From an uncultured Acidobacteriota bacterium (GTDB lineage Bacteria > Acidobacteriota > Thermoanaerobaculia > Multivoradales > SZUA-115): a stretch of DNA of 64,000 bases. The stretch lies in the NCBI GenBank assembly GCA_963805975.1, contig CAWDVR010000003.1:384001-448000 (forward strand). Direction: 5' to 3'. Shown piece after piece: positions 30,632 to 41,222 of this stretch (its first letter is position 1; each line of letters starts with the position of its first letter). The position numbers and the translations under genes were made by a program. Under the pieces are notes generated by a model. That model saw nothing but the letters and a program-made list of their open reading frames with translations, was not told the DNA's origin and made no database searches.

Positions 30632-32329
30632 CTACTGCACACCGAGCACTGAGCGCCCAGTGTAGAACAAGCCTGCGATGCAGGCGATCATGAACGTGGC
30701 GAGCGCGCCGCCGACCATCGCTTTGAACCCCAGCCGGGCGAGCTCGTGGCGGCGGCTGGGAGCGAGCGGCGCGATGCCGCCGATCTGGATGCCGATCGAG
30801 GCGAAGTTCGAGAAGCCGCAGAGGGCGTAGGTGAGGATCACGATCGAGCGCGGGTCGAGGCCCGGGACCTCTCCCCGCGCCGCCGCGCTCAGGTAGTTCG
30901 CGAAGTCGAGGTAGGCCACGAACTCGGTCAGGATCAGCTTCTCGCCCAGGAAGCGGCCCACCGCCAGGCAATCCTCGGGCGGCACTCCCATGACGAAGGC
31001 GACCGGCCAGTGGAGCCAGCCGAGGAGCCCCTGGAGCGAGAGCGTGGTGCCGGGCGCGAGCGGCCCCAGGGCCAGGTAGGCCACGTCGGCCGCGAGGGCG
31101 ATGCCGAGGAGAGTGCCCCAGGCCTTGCGCCCGTAGGCCTGCTTGCCCCCGGCCTGGAGGAAGAGCGGCAGCCAGGCGGCAAAGCCGATGAGCCCCACCG
31201 CGCCCGCCGCTCCCGGCACCACGAACCGCAGCCCGACGTAGAGGCCGAGGAGCACGGCGAGCGCGGCCCAGGCGAAGTTCTCGGACGGCGGCCCGCGCCG
31301 CTCCCACCACAGGAGCGAGAGGATGGCCGCGGCCATCGCGAGGTTGAAGCGGGCGAACCCTCCCAGGTCCTGGAAAAAGCCGCCGAGCCAGGAGACGCCC
31401 AGGTTGGCCAGCGCGATCATGGCGACGAAGGAGATCAGCATCGCCCCGACGTTGATCGCGAGCTGCCAGCCCACCGTGGTGCCGTTGGCGGCGGCGTCCA
31501 GCAGGTTGGCGTCCTCGATCGGCACGTCCATCTTGACCTCGCCGCGGGTCAGGGGCTCCTCGCGCTCCGGGACCAGGATCTTGGCGAAGATGAACGCCGC
31601 CGGTGCCGAGAGCAGCGAGGCCGAGATCAGGTGCGAGGCGATGTTGGGGAAGTAGCCGGAGAGCATCAGGATGTAGGCGCCGAGCACGCCGCCGGCGGTG
31701 TTGGCCATGCCGCCGGCCATGATCGCCATCAGCTCGGAGCGCGTCATCCGCTCGAGGTAGGGCCGCACCACCAGCGGCGCCTCGGTCTGCCCGACGAAGA
31801 TGTTCGCCGAGTTCGACAGCGCCTCGGCGCCGGAGACGCGCATGGTGTACGCCATGATCTTGGCGAAGAGCAGCACCACCTTCTGCATCACGCCCAGGTA
31901 GTAGAGGACGGAGAGCAGGGCGGAGAAGAAGATGATCGTGGTCAGCACCTGGAAGGCGAAGAAGAAGCCCGGCACCGTGCCGGTCTGGATCGCCGTCTGG
32001 ATCACCGGGTCCTGCGACTCGGCGCCCAGCCGCGTCAGGTACTCCTTGAGCGTGATCGGGATCTGGCCGCTCTGGTCCGCGGCGCCGACCGAGTTGAAGA
32101 CGAAGAGGGCGCCCTGCTTCGAGAACCCGAGGAGGGCGTTGAAGACGTCGTTGAGCTTGAGGAAGAACCGCGCCCCCGGCTCCCACCAGAGGACCAGGAA
32201 GCCGAAGACGAGCTGCAGCGCCAGGCCCCAGATCACCACCCGCCAGGGAAAGCGCTTGCGGTCCTCGGAGAGCAGCCAGGCGGCGAAGATGAAGACGAAG
32301 ATGCCGAGGAGCGAGACGAGGTTCCTCAC
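30632..32329 (-). CDS. NupC/CNT-family nucleoside transporter with insertions
   Basis: FFFAFQVLTTIIFFS, ANIFVGQTEAPL, GEKLILTEFVAY, YALCGFSNFASIGIQIGG. Confidence 0.92.
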   Translation of the reverse strand: MRNLVSLLGIFVFIFAAWLLSEDRKRFPWRVVIWGLALQLVFGFLVLWWEPGARFFLKLNDVFNALLGFSKQGALFVFNSVGAADQSGQIPITLKEYLTRLGAESQDPVIQTAIQTGTVPGFFFAFQVLTTIIFFSALLSVLYYLGVMQKVVLLFAKIMAYTMRVSGAEALSNSANIFVGQTEAPLVVRPYLERMTRSELMAIMAGGMANTAGGVLGAYILMLSGYFPNIASHLISASLLSAPAAFIFAKILVPEREEPLTRGEVKMDVPIEDANLLDAAANGTTVGWQLAINVGAMLISFVAMIALANLGVSWLGGFFQDLGGFARFNLAMAAAILSLLWWERRGPPSENFAWAALAVLLGLYVGLRFVVPGAAGAVGLIGFAAWLPLFLQAGGKQAYGRKAWGTLLGIALAADVAYLALGPLAPGTTLSLQGLLGWLHWPVAFVMGVPPEDCLAVGRFLGEKLILTEFVAYLDFANYLSAAARGEVPGLDPRSIVILTYALCGFSNFASIGIQIGGIAPLAPSRRHELARLGFKAMVGGALATFMIACIAGLFYTGRSVLGVQ

Positions 32330-32601
32330 AGCCGATCCCTCCACAGAGGTCTACTGAACCCCGTCCACTCGAGGGCAGGGGGCCCGGGCCAGCTCCGGCA
32401 GCCGTTGCGCAAAATCGTCCCGCAGTCTCGCCCGGATGCCGGTGGAGGTCAAGCGGCAGCTCTGTGGCTCGGGCCGGGAGCTTGCCCAGGATTTTGTGCA
32501 CTCCCGAGGGTTGCAAAGCGGCCGATTCGGTGTATCGTCAGTCGACGTCGCTCCCCGTGGGGCAGCTCTCGCTTCTCGCTATCTTCGGAGGTTGCGGAAC
32601 C

Positions 32602-34065
32602 TTGCTCAGGAAGACTTCTCGCGCCGCGCAACTTCGCTTCGTTCTCGTACCCCTCCTGATCTCCGCCCTGTGGTTGCCGGAGGCGCTCGCCAACGCGGCG
32701 ATGGTCCGCGCCCTGGGCCCGCGCATCTCCGAGGCCCGACGGTCCTCGCCCGACCTCGGGGTGCACGTGGTCGAGGTCGCGACCGGCGACGAGGTCTACG
32801 GCTACCGGGCGGACGAGCTGCAGGTGCTGGCCTCGAACACCAAGCTGTTCACCACCGCCGCGGCCCTCGACATGCTGGGCGCCGGCTTCGAGTACGACAC
32901 GCCGGTGCTGATCCGCGGCTCGGTCTACGCCGGCGCCCTGGGGGGTGACCTGGCGGTGGTCGGGAGCGGCGACCCCAACCTCTCCGGCCGGCTCTACGGC
33001 GGCGACCCCTACCACGTGTTCCGCGACTGGGCGCGGGCGCTCAAGGCGCGCGGCGTCTCCCGCGTGCGTGGCGACCTGTACCTGGTGCGTGGGCTCTTCG
33101 ACTCGCGGACCCTCCATCCCGACTGGCCCGCCGACCAGCTCGCCCGCTGGTACGAGGCGCCGGTCGACTCGCTGTCGTTCGCCGACAACTGCGTCGGGGT
33201 GCGGGTCTACCCCGGCGCCCGGCGCGGCGCCGCCGGCTCGGTCGAGCTGGTGCCGCCGGTGGACATCTTCCGGGTGGTCAACCGCGTCACCACTACGGCC
33301 TCGCGCCGCGGGCAGCGCGTGGTGGTGAGCCGCGCGCACGGCAGCCACGAGATCCTGGTCTCCGGCGCCGTCTACCAGCAGGATGGCCCGATCGAGACCG
33401 AGGTCACCGTGCCCGACCCGGTGGAGTACTTCGGCGCCGCCCTCGAGGCGGCGCTCGCCGGCGAAGGGGTGGCGATCGAGGGCGCGACGCGGATCGTCGA
33501 GACGCTGCCCGGCGACGTCTGGGAGCGGGTGGCGAGCGCGCGCTCGGATCTGCTCACCACGCTCTCGGTCACCAACCAGAAGAGCCAGAACTTCTACGCC
33601 GAGAGCCTGATCAAGCTGCTCGCCGCCCGCACGGCGGGCGAGGGGAGCTGGCGGGAAGGCGCACGGGCGGTCTCCAACTTCCTCCACCGCGCGGGCCTGC
33701 CCGACGGCTTCGAGCTGGCGGACGGCTCCGGCATGAGCCGCGGCAACCGGGCCACGCCGCGCCACCTGACGACGCTTCTGCGCCACATGTACCTGCGGCC
33801 GGACGGCAAGACCTTCGTCGCCACCCTGCCGCTCTCGGGCGGCGACGAGGGGACCTGGAGCTATCGCCTGCGCGAGTCGCCGTACCGCGGCAACGTGTGG
33901 GCCAAGACCGGGACGCTCTCCGGTGTCTCCAGCCTTTCCGGCTACGCCCGGGCCCTCTCCGGCCGCGTCTACGCCTTCTCGATCCTCTGCAATGGCACGG
34001 GATCGGTATGGCGGGCCCGCCGCGCGCAGGACTCGATCGTGCGCGCGCTCGTCGACTTCGGTTGA
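32602..34065 (+). CDS. dacB: D-alanyl-D-alanine carboxypeptidase/endopeptidase PBP4 (peptidase S13)
   Basis: ASNTK (SxxK), GSGDP, SQN, DGSGMSRGN, AKTGTL; TTG start after GGAGG. Confidence 0.93.
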   Translation: MLRKTSRAAQLRFVLVPLLISALWLPEALANAAMVRALGPRISEARRSSPDLGVHVVEVATGDEVYGYRADELQVLASNTKLFTTAAALDMLGAGFEYDTPVLIRGSVYAGALGGDLAVVGSGDPNLSGRLYGGDPYHVFRDWARALKARGVSRVRGDLYLVRGLFDSRTLHPDWPADQLARWYEAPVDSLSFADNCVGVRVYPGARRGAAGSVELVPPVDIFRVVNRVTTTASRRGQRVVVSRAHGSHEILVSGAVYQQDGPIETEVTVPDPVEYFGAALEAALAGEGVAIEGATRIVETLPGDVWERVASARSDLLTTLSVTNQKSQNFYAESLIKLLAARTAGEGSWREGARAVSNFLHRAGLPDGFELADGSGMSRGNRATPRHLTTLLRHMYLRPDGKTFVATLPLSGGDEGTWSYRLRESPYRGNVWAKTGTLSGVSSLSGYARALSGRVYAFSILCNGTGSVWRARRAQDSIVRALVDFG

Positions 34066-34149
34066 CGCGCCCCAGGCCGCGGCCGGGCGCGTGGTAGCCT
34101 TTCGCTTCCCCGCAACAACGAACCGCCACCACTCCTCGAGGGACCTCCC

Positions 34150-35388
34150 GTGACCGCACCAGCACCCCGGCCCGTGGACTACCACCAGCGGATGAAGAAG
34201 GTCGAGAATTTCGTCGAGGCGATCGAGAACGCCGCGGACGTGGCCACCACGCTGCACGCCGCGGTCGCCGCCATCGTGGCGCAGTTCCGTGACGAGCTGG
34301 GCATCTTCGGCGGGCGCCTCTACCGGCGCGACGATCAGGACTACGTCTTGCTCGCCACCTTCCCCGACGCCAAGCAGGTGGACGGTATCCGCGTGCCGCG
34401 CAACTACGGCCCCATCGAGCGCGTGCTGGAGGAGGGGACGCTCTACATGAGCCCCGCCGACCCCGGCTTCGACCGCGACCTCGAGGAGAAGCTCGGGGTG
34501 GAGCAGTTCGCCGCCGTCGAGGTGGCGGGCGAGGAGTACATCCTCGCCTTCAACGTGACACCGGGGCCGCACAAGGACGACATCCTCTTCTCGCTCGGCA
34601 TCCTGCGCCACACGCTCGACCAGAAGCTAGCCCGCGAGCGCATGGCCGGGGTGTTCAACGAGGCGCGTATCATCCAGACCTCGATCCTGCCCAAGCGCTC
34701 GCCGGTCTACGGCCCCTACGAGATCGCCGGCAAGAGCCGGCCGGTCGAGAGCGTGGGCGGCGACTTCTACGACTTCATCCCGATCACCGACAAGATCATG
34801 GGGATCGCCATCGCCGACGTCTCCGGCCACGGGCTGCCGGCGGCGCTCCAGGTGCGCGACATCTACACCGGCCTGCGCATGGGCATGGCGCGGGACTTCA
34901 AGATCGTGCGCACGGTCGAGCGACTCAACCGCATCATCCACGAGAGCACGCTCACCAGCCGCTTCGTGTCGATGTTCTACGGCGAGCTGGAGCTCAACGG
35001 CCTCTTCATCTACGTCAATGCCGGCCACCCGCCGCCGTTCCGCCTGCGGGCGGAGGACGGCGGGGTGGACTTCATGGAGGCGGGGGGCGCCGTCCTGGGA
35101 CCGCTCTCCGAGGCCACCTACGAGCGCGGCTTCGTGACCATGCGGCCGGGCGACGTGGCGGTGCTCTACACCGACGGCATCGTCGAGACCATGGGGCCGG
35201 ACGAGGACGGCAAGTATGCCGAGTTCGGCACCGACCGGCTGCAAGAGGTGGTGCGTGCCCACCGCGAGCGGCCGGCGGCGGAGATCATCGAAGCCATCTT
35301 CCACGCCGTCGAGACCTTCGGCGACCATCGCCCGGCGGCGGACGACCGCACGGTGGTCGTGGTGCGCTACCCGCAAGAGAACGCTTGA
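34150..35388 (+). CDS. PP2C/SpoIIE-family (RsbU-like) protein phosphatase with GAF-like N-terminus
   Basis: VGGDFYD, IADVSGHG, YVNAGHPPP, LYTDG, DDRT. Confidence 0.92.
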   Translation: MTAPAPRPVDYHQRMKKVENFVEAIENAADVATTLHAAVAAIVAQFRDELGIFGGRLYRRDDQDYVLLATFPDAKQVDGIRVPRNYGPIERVLEEGTLYMSPADPGFDRDLEEKLGVEQFAAVEVAGEEYILAFNVTPGPHKDDILFSLGILRHTLDQKLARERMAGVFNEARIIQTSILPKRSPVYGPYEIAGKSRPVESVGGDFYDFIPITDKIMGIAIADVSGHGLPAALQVRDIYTGLRMGMARDFKIVRTVERLNRIIHESTLTSRFVSMFYGELELNGLFIYVNAGHPPPFRLRAEDGGVDFMEAGGAVLGPLSEATYERGFVTMRPGDVAVLYTDGIVETMGPDEDGKYAEFGTDRLQEVVRAHRERPAAEIIEAIFHAVETFGDHRPAADDRTVVVVRYPQENA

Positions 35389-35418
35389 GAGCCGGCAGGG
35401 CCGAGAGGAAGCAACGAC

Positions 35419-35607
35419 ATGAGCGACAACCGCAAGTACACGCTCGAGCTCAAAGAGGCTCAGTTCCAGTACCTGACCCGGATGGCCAAGAAGTACGACC
35501 TGCCCGACGAGGGCAAGGCGGTGCGCTGCCTGATCAACTTCGGGACCGAGCAGGACGAAAGCGGCGAGCGGGGGATCTTCGAGGAAGTGCGCTGCCTGGA
35601 TTGCTAG
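35419..35607 (+). CDS. Small protein, ribbon-helix-helix-like, with terminal CxxC
   Basis: GAGGA RBS; YTLEL strand, two helices (KAVRCLINF), ends RCLDC. Confidence 0.65.
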   Translation: MSDNRKYTLELKEAQFQYLTRMAKKYDLPDEGKAVRCLINFGTEQDESGERGIFEEVRCLDC

Positions 35608-36281
35608 CCCAGCTCCACGATCTCCAGCTCCTGCCGCAGCTTGATGATGCTCCCCGCCGGGTAGACGCCGGCCCGGAGCTGCACGCCGGGATAGATCTGC
35701 GTGCCACGGCCGACCACCACGCCGGGGTGGAGCACCGAGTTGCAGCCGGTGGCGACGGCGTCGCCCAGCACGGCGCCGAGCTTGCGGCGGCCGGTGGGAA
35801 GCGGCGTGCCGCCCAACGGGATGCGGATCTCGCCGCCGTCGTGGCGGAAGTTGGAGAGCACCGTCCCCGCCCCCAGGTTGACCCCACGGCCGAGGATCGA
35901 GTCGCCCACGTAGTTCAGGTGCGGAGCTTTGGCGCCGGGGAGTAGGATGGCGCGCTTGATCTCGGTCGAAGCGCCCACCACCGCTCCATCGCCCAGGTAG
36001 ACGCCGCCGCGCAGGTAGGCCCCCGGCCGGATCTCCACGTCACGGCCGATCCACACCGGCCCCTCGATCACCGCACCGGGTCCGATGCGGGTGCCCTTGC
36101 CGATGGCGATCCGGTCTCCCAGCAGGTGGATGTCCGCCGGCACGGCGATCTCGAGGCGCTCGCTGGGCAGGGCGTCGAGCAGCTCCTCGAGCGGCTCGCC
36201 GAGGAGGCCCCAGGGCCTTTCCGGCTCGAAGCCCGCGGCGAGCTCCGGCGGCAGCTCGGCAAAGAGAGGAGGGAAGGTCAC
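35604..36281 (-). CDS. Left-handed beta-helix acyltransferase (GlmU C-terminal-like)
   Basis: Hexapeptide repeats, HLNYVGDSILG, NLGAGT, RRKLGAVLGD. Confidence 0.88.
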   Translation of the reverse strand: MTFPPLFAELPPELAAGFEPERPWGLLGEPLEELLDALPSERLEIAVPADIHLLGDRIAIGKGTRIGPGAVIEGPVWIGRDVEIRPGAYLRGGVYLGDGAVVGASTEIKRAILLPGAKAPHLNYVGDSILGRGVNLGAGTVLSNFRHDGGEIRIPLGGTPLPTGRRKLGAVLGDAVATGCNSVLHPGVVVGRGTQIYPGVQLRAGVYPAGSIIKLRQELEIVELG

Positions 36282-36302
36282 GGGCCGGGATTATAGGCTC
36301 TC

Positions 36303-36938
36303 GTGGTGAGCCGCCTCCGCACCCTGCCGGCAGCCTTCTACCGCCGCGCTGCCGACGAGGTGGCGCGGGACCTTTTGGGCCGCTATCTGATTCACGAGCC
36401 GCAGGGGGGTGGGCGAATGGTGGTGCGGATCGTCGAGACCGAGGCCTATCTCGGCGCTCCGGACCGCGCGAGCCATGCCTGGGGCGGCCGGCGAACGGCC
36501 CGCAACGCCAGCCTCTACCTCGGCCCCGGCCACGCCTACGTCTACTTCATCTACGGCATGCACTTCTGCCTCAACGCGGTCACCGGGCCTCCCGGCCTGG
36601 GCGCTGCCGTGCTCTTCCGCGCCGGCGACGTGGTGGAGGGTCGTGCAGCGCTGGCCGCCAACCGCGGGCTGGGGGCCTTGGAGGCGGAGGGAACGCTGCG
36701 GCCGGGCCAGCTCGCGGGCGGCCCGGGCCGTCTCTGCCGGGCGCTCGCCATCGACCGCCGCCAGGACGGCCTGCTCCTGACCTGCGGCCCGCTGCGCATC
36801 ACCCGGGGCGAGCCGGTAGAGCCGGCGGCCGTGGCCACCGGCCCGCGCATCGGTGTCGCCTACGCGGGCGAGGCCGCAGAGTGGCCCCTGCGCTTCGCGC
36901 TGAGAGGGAACCGGGAGGTATCAAGGCCACGGCTGTAG
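36303..36938 (+). CDS. DNA-3-methyladenine glycosylase (MPG/AAG family)
   Basis: IVETEAY, DRASH, YVYFIYGMHFCLN, GPGRLCRAL, PRIG. Confidence 0.93.
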   Translation: MVSRLRTLPAAFYRRAADEVARDLLGRYLIHEPQGGGRMVVRIVETEAYLGAPDRASHAWGGRRTARNASLYLGPGHAYVYFIYGMHFCLNAVTGPPGLGAAVLFRAGDVVEGRAALAANRGLGALEAEGTLRPGQLAGGPGRLCRALAIDRRQDGLLLTCGPLRITRGEPVEPAAVATGPRIGVAYAGEAAEWPLRFALRGNREVSRPRL

Positions 36939-37006
36939 CGGCCGGGCCTGTGCCGGCCGTCTTGCAGAAGCCGGCATTGCACGGCCGGTACAAGCCCGGC
37001 CGCTAC
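36935..37006. repeat. Inverted pair of GTAG-type REP sequences (REPIN-like)
   Basis: GTAGCGGCCGGGCCTGTGCCGGCCGT (36935-36960) and its inverted copy (36981-37006), 24/26 match, 20-nt spacer. Confidence 0.8.
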
Positions 37007-37041
37007 GTCCAGAAGTCGAGGAACCGGTGGCCCGGCACCGT

Positions 37042-38181
37042 TCACTCCAGCCGGATGTGCCCGGCGACCGCCAGGCGCCAGATGACCAGCAGGCCGTCGA
37101 GCTGCTGCATGGGGCTTATCTTGAGGAGAGACTTCAGGTCGTACTGGCCGTTGATGCGGGTCAGGACGAACCCTTCCTGGGGCGTCAGGTCGAGGGCGGT
37201 GATCTCGTTCAGGTCGACGTTGAGCTTGGGCACCGAGTCGAGCCGCACTCCGGCCGCCTCTACCGCCTCGCGGATGCGCTGTTCCGACTTCTCCACCGCT
37301 CGCTGCACGTCGCGGTTGTCCGGCTCCAGGCTCTTGGCGGCGCGCAGGTGCCGCAGGACCGCCTGGTAGTCCTGCCGGGCGAGGTGCTGCTCGGCCGCCT
37401 TGACCAGCGCTGCCGCCGACACCGAGGAATCCTGGGTTGCGACCTCCGCCTCCTGCGCCGGCACCTGGGGCGGCGCCGACCAGCGCGGCTTGATCATCTT
37501 GATGCGCCCGCGGCGCACCTGCTCGAAGATCACCTTGCAGACCCGGTACTCGCTCGAGTGGGTGTGCAGGCAGATCTCCTCCAGGGTGCGGTCGTCGTTG
37601 ACGAGCTGCAGGATCGAGAGGGCGCCGGCGTCGATCCCCGGGTCGGTGAGCTGATCGACCAGCACCGGGATCGCCTGCATCGAAGGGATCATCTCGCGGA
37701 TGCGGCGCCACTCGTCGGCGCGCCGGGCGCCCTCGAGGATGAGGGCGGCGACGTCGAGGTCGATGGGGATGAGGTTCGAGACCGGCAGCTCGCCGTCGTG
37801 GAAGCGGAACTCGGCCTCGGCCCAGGAGAAGACGTTGTAGATCGACTCCTCGGCCTTGACCCGCAGCAGGCGTTGCAGGTCCGGCTCGGAGACCGCGCCG
37901 ATGGTCACCAGGATCTTGCCCAGGAGCATCTGATTCGACTCCTGCATCTCGATCGCCTTGGCGAGCTCGACCTCGGTGATCAGGCCGTGGCTCACCAGGA
38001 AATGGCCCAGGTACTCCTTGGGGTCGGTCGAGGAGGAGGAGAAGATGCGGCCGGAGCGGAAATAGATCCGCTTCTGGATCTCGCCGTTGTCCATCACCAG
38101 GGTGCCGGTCTTGCTGCTGTGCGACAGCCACTGCAGCAGCTCGGCCACCTGCATGGTGTTGAGATTGCCCGCGATGCTCAT
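37042..38181 (-). CDS. DUF4388 domain protein with TPR
   Basis: GNLNTMQVAELLQWL...KTGTL, LGKILV, LILEGARRADEW. Confidence 0.88.
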   Translation of the reverse strand: MSIAGNLNTMQVAELLQWLSHSSKTGTLVMDNGEIQKRIYFRSGRIFSSSSTDPKEYLGHFLVSHGLITEVELAKAIEMQESNQMLLGKILVTIGAVSEPDLQRLLRVKAEESIYNVFSWAEAEFRFHDGELPVSNLIPIDLDVAALILEGARRADEWRRIREMIPSMQAIPVLVDQLTDPGIDAGALSILQLVNDDRTLEEICLHTHSSEYRVCKVIFEQVRRGRIKMIKPRWSAPPQVPAQEAEVATQDSSVSAAALVKAAEQHLARQDYQAVLRHLRAAKSLEPDNRDVQRAVEKSEQRIREAVEAAGVRLDSVPKLNVDLNEITALDLTPQEGFVLTRINGQYDLKSLLKISPMQQLDGLLVIWRLAVAGHIRLE

Positions 38182-38293
38182 CGTTTGGCGGGGAGATTAT
38201 AGAGCCGGATCGATGAGTTCGGAGATCGAAGGGAGCGCGAGGCCGGTGCTGCCCCCCGGTGAGGAGTCCCGGGCCTCGCTGCCGACGGCTCGC

Positions 38294-38782
38294 TCACGAG
38301 CGGGCGCGGGTGGTTCCGGTCTGGCCTTGATAGTGGCTCGACGAGCCGGGCTCGCCATAGGCGACCTCGGGCTCGCTCTCCATGGCGATGAAGATGAGCT
38401 GGGCGATGCGCCGGCCGGCCTCGAGCACGAAGGGCTCCGGCCCCAGGTTCTGGAGCTCGAGGGTGATGTTGCCCTCGAAGCCGGGGTCGCACCAGCCGGC
38501 GAGGGAATGGTTGATCCACACCCGGCCGAGGGTCGATTTGAGCTTCAGGTCGCAGGCCACGTTGCGCGGGATCGTCACGTACTCGATGGTCGAGGCGAGC
38601 ACCACCTCGCCGGGGAAGAGCTTGACCCGGGGCGAGGCGAAGCTTTCCGGGTCGCGCGTCGGGCAGATCCACTGGTCGGAGACCCGCACGTCGTAGCTCG
38701 CGGCGTTGACCTGCTCGGGGCTGAAGGGCTCGGCACCTCCCGCGAGGCCCCAGGCGCGGATCCAGGAGTCGGGTTTGATCAT
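38294..38782 (-). CDS. dcd: dCTP deaminase
   Basis: QVNAASYDVR, KSTLGR, AGWCDPGFEGNITLE, RIAQL, YQGQ. Confidence 0.93.
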   Translation of the reverse strand: MIKPDSWIRAWGLAGGAEPFSPEQVNAASYDVRVSDQWICPTRDPESFASPRVKLFPGEVVLASTIEYVTIPRNVACDLKLKSTLGRVWINHSLAGWCDPGFEGNITLELQNLGPEPFVLEAGRRIAQLIFIAMESEPEVAYGEPGSSSHYQGQTGTTRARS

Positions 38783-38789
38783 CGCCCGC

Positions 38790-39806
38790 TCAGCGGAACT
38801 GCACGGGGAAATGCAGGCCTTCGCGATGGATGGTGTCGACGAAGCGCACCATGCGCCGCGGCAACGACATGAAGAGCGTCGAGGTGCGGCAGCCGCCGCC
38901 GAAGAAGCGCACGCCCTTGAGGAGCTGGCCGTCGGTGACCCCGGTCGAGCTGAAGATGAGCTGCTCGCCGGGGGCCAGCTCCTCGGTCGAGTAGACCTTC
39001 TCGAGGTCGGTGTAGCCCAGGGCGCGCAGGCGGTCCTTCTGCCCCTCGTCGGTCGCCACCAGGCGGGCCTGGATCTCGCCGCCCAGGCAGCGCATGGCCG
39101 CGGCCGTGATCACGCCCTCGGGCGCGCCGCCGATGCCCATCACCGCGTGCACACCGGTGCCGCGCACCGCCGCCGCGATCCCCGCCGAGAGGTCGCCGTC
39201 CGAGATCAGCCGGATGCGGGCGCCGGCGGCGCGGATGTCGGCGATCAACTGCTCGTGCCGCGGCCGGTCGAGCACCACCACCGTCAGGTCGTTGACCTCG
39301 CGGCCGAAGGCCTCGGCCAGGTTGCGCAGGTTCTCGCCCACCGGGGCGTCGATGTGCACCCGGCCGCGGGCCGTGGGGCCGACGACGATCTTCTGCATGT
39401 AGGTGTCGGGCGCGTGCAGCAGGCCGCCGCGCTCGGAGGCGGCGAGCACGGCCACGGCGTCCGGGGAGCCGGTGGCGCAGAGGTTGGTGCCCTCGAGCGG
39501 ATCGACGGCGATGTCGACCGCCGGCACGCCCTCGGGCGGCCGGCCGTCGCCGCTCCCCTTCAGGGCGCCCACCTCCTCGCCGACGTAGAGCATGGGCGCT
39601 TCGTCGCGCTCGCCCTCGCCGATCACCACCCGGCCGGCGATCGGCAGGCTGTCGAGCTCCCGGCGCATGGCCTCCACCGCCACGTGGTCGCTCGCGTGGC
39701 GGTCGCCGTAGCCCATGGTATGGGCGGCGGCGATCGCCGCCTGCTCGGTGACGCGGATGAAGTCCTGCTCCAGGACGCGGTCGAGGCCTTCGACTCCGTT
39801 GGCCAT
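38790..39806 (-). CDS. glpX: Class II fructose-1,6-bisphosphatase
   Basis: [35 protein letters not shown]. Confidence 0.95.
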   Translation of the reverse strand: MANGVEGLDRVLEQDFIRVTEQAAIAAAHTMGYGDRHASDHVAVEAMRRELDSLPIAGRVVIGEGERDEAPMLYVGEEVGALKGSGDGRPPEGVPAVDIAVDPLEGTNLCATGSPDAVAVLAASERGGLLHAPDTYMQKIVVGPTARGRVHIDAPVGENLRNLAEAFGREVNDLTVVVLDRPRHEQLIADIRAAGARIRLISDGDLSAGIAAAVRGTGVHAVMGIGGAPEGVITAAAMRCLGGEIQARLVATDEGQKDRLRALGYTDLEKVYSTEELAPGEQLIFSSTGVTDGQLLKGVRFFGGGCRTSTLFMSLPRRMVRFVDTIHREGLHFPVQFR

Positions 39807-41026
39807 CAGCGGCGATCTCCCGCCAGCGCCGGCGCCGGCTCTTCCTTCCTCGCCGGCGGGTTGAACGCCGGGATGCCGGTGACCCGCTCGCCGATCACCA
39901 GGCCGTGGATGTCGTGGGTGCCTTCATAGGTGTAGACGGACTCGATGTTGAGCAGGTGGCGGATCACCGGATAGTCGTCCACGATGCCGTTGGCGCCCAG
40001 GATCTCGCGCGCCAGCTTGGCGCACTCACGCGCCACCCACACGTTGTTCCGCTTGCCCATCGACACGTGGTAGTGCTTGAGCGTGCCGGCATCCTTCAGG
40101 CGGCCGAGCTGCAGGGCCAGGAGCTGGCCCTTGGTGATCTCGGAGATCATCCAGGCGAGCTTCTCCTGGATGAGCTGGTGCGCGGCGATCGGCTGGCCCC
40201 CGAACTGGATGCGGGACTTGGCGTACTCGAGGGCCGTGTAGTAGGTCTGCATCGCCGAGCCGATGCCACCCCAGGCAATGCCGTAACGCGCCTGGTTGAG
40301 GCACATGAGCGCGCTCTTCAAGCCATCGGTGCCGGGCAGGAGGTTGTCGGCCGGGATGCGGCAGTCGAGGAAGCCGAGCTCGGAGGTGGTCGAGGCGCGC
40401 AACGAGAACTTGCCGTGCTGGTCGCTCGAGGTGAAGCCCGGCGTGCCTTTCTCGACCAGGAAGCCGCGGATGCCGTCGGCGGTCTGCGCCCACACCACGG
40501 CGACGTCGGAGAGCGTGCCGTTGGTGATCCACTGCTTGGAGCCGTTGAGCACCCAGGACGAGCCGTCGCGCCGCGCCGCGGTGCGCATGCCGCCGGGGTT
40601 GGAGCCGAAGTCAGGCTCGGTCAGGCCGAAGCAGCCGATCGCCTCGCCGGAGCCCAGGGCCGGGATCCAGCGGTCTTTCTGCTCCTTCGAGCCGAAGGCG
40701 TAGATGGGGTACATGACGAGCGAGCTCTGCACGGAGACGAAGCTGCGCAGGCCGGAGTCGCCGCGCTCCAGCTCCTGCATGATGAGGCCGTAGGCCACGT
40801 TGCCGAGGCCCGGCAGGTCGTACTCGGCGATGGTCGAGCCGAAGAGGTTCAGGCGGCCCATCTCCGGCACCAGCTCGAGGGGGGTGCGGCCCTCGCGGTG
40901 GCACTCTTCGATGATCGGCATCACCCGCTCGTCGACGAAGGCGCGCACGCTGTCGCGGACCAGGCGTTCCTCGTCGGAGAGCAGGGAGTCGAAGTCCAGG
41001 TAATCCACACCGGGAAAGCGATTCAC
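39806..41026 (-). CDS. Acyl-CoA dehydrogenase, glutaryl-CoA dehydrogenase-like
   Basis: [35 protein letters not shown]; GTG start after GAGGAG. Confidence 0.92.
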   Translation of the reverse strand: MNRFPGVDYLDFDSLLSDEERLVRDSVRAFVDERVMPIIEECHREGRTPLELVPEMGRLNLFGSTIAEYDLPGLGNVAYGLIMQELERGDSGLRSFVSVQSSLVMYPIYAFGSKEQKDRWIPALGSGEAIGCFGLTEPDFGSNPGGMRTAARRDGSSWVLNGSKQWITNGTLSDVAVVWAQTADGIRGFLVEKGTPGFTSSDQHGKFSLRASTTSELGFLDCRIPADNLLPGTDGLKSALMCLNQARYGIAWGGIGSAMQTYYTALEYAKSRIQFGGQPIAAHQLIQEKLAWMISEITKGQLLALQLGRLKDAGTLKHYHVSMGKRNNVWVARECAKLAREILGANGIVDDYPVIRHLLNIESVYTYEGTHDIHGLVIGERVTGIPAFNPPARKEEPAPALAGDRR

Positions 41027-41134
41027 GGAGATCTCCTCATGGTTTCTGGGAGGCGGGAAGGGGCGACAAAATCGCCGCCGGATGATAGCACGGCGGTTGC
41101 GCCACACCTGGAGGAGCAGCGGGGAGCCCGAGCC

Positions 41135-41222
41135 CATTCCGAGCTTCCAGGGGCCTGGGAGGAGCGGAGCGTTACCCCCAGGGGCGTCGAGCACCGGACC
41201 AGGCCCCTGGAAGCTCGGAATG
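41135..41222. repeat. Hairpin element A: perfect 24-bp arms, 40-nt loop
   Basis: CATTCCGAGCTTCCAGGGGCCTGG (41135-41158) is the exact reverse complement of 41199-41222; loop related to element B. Confidence 0.9.
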
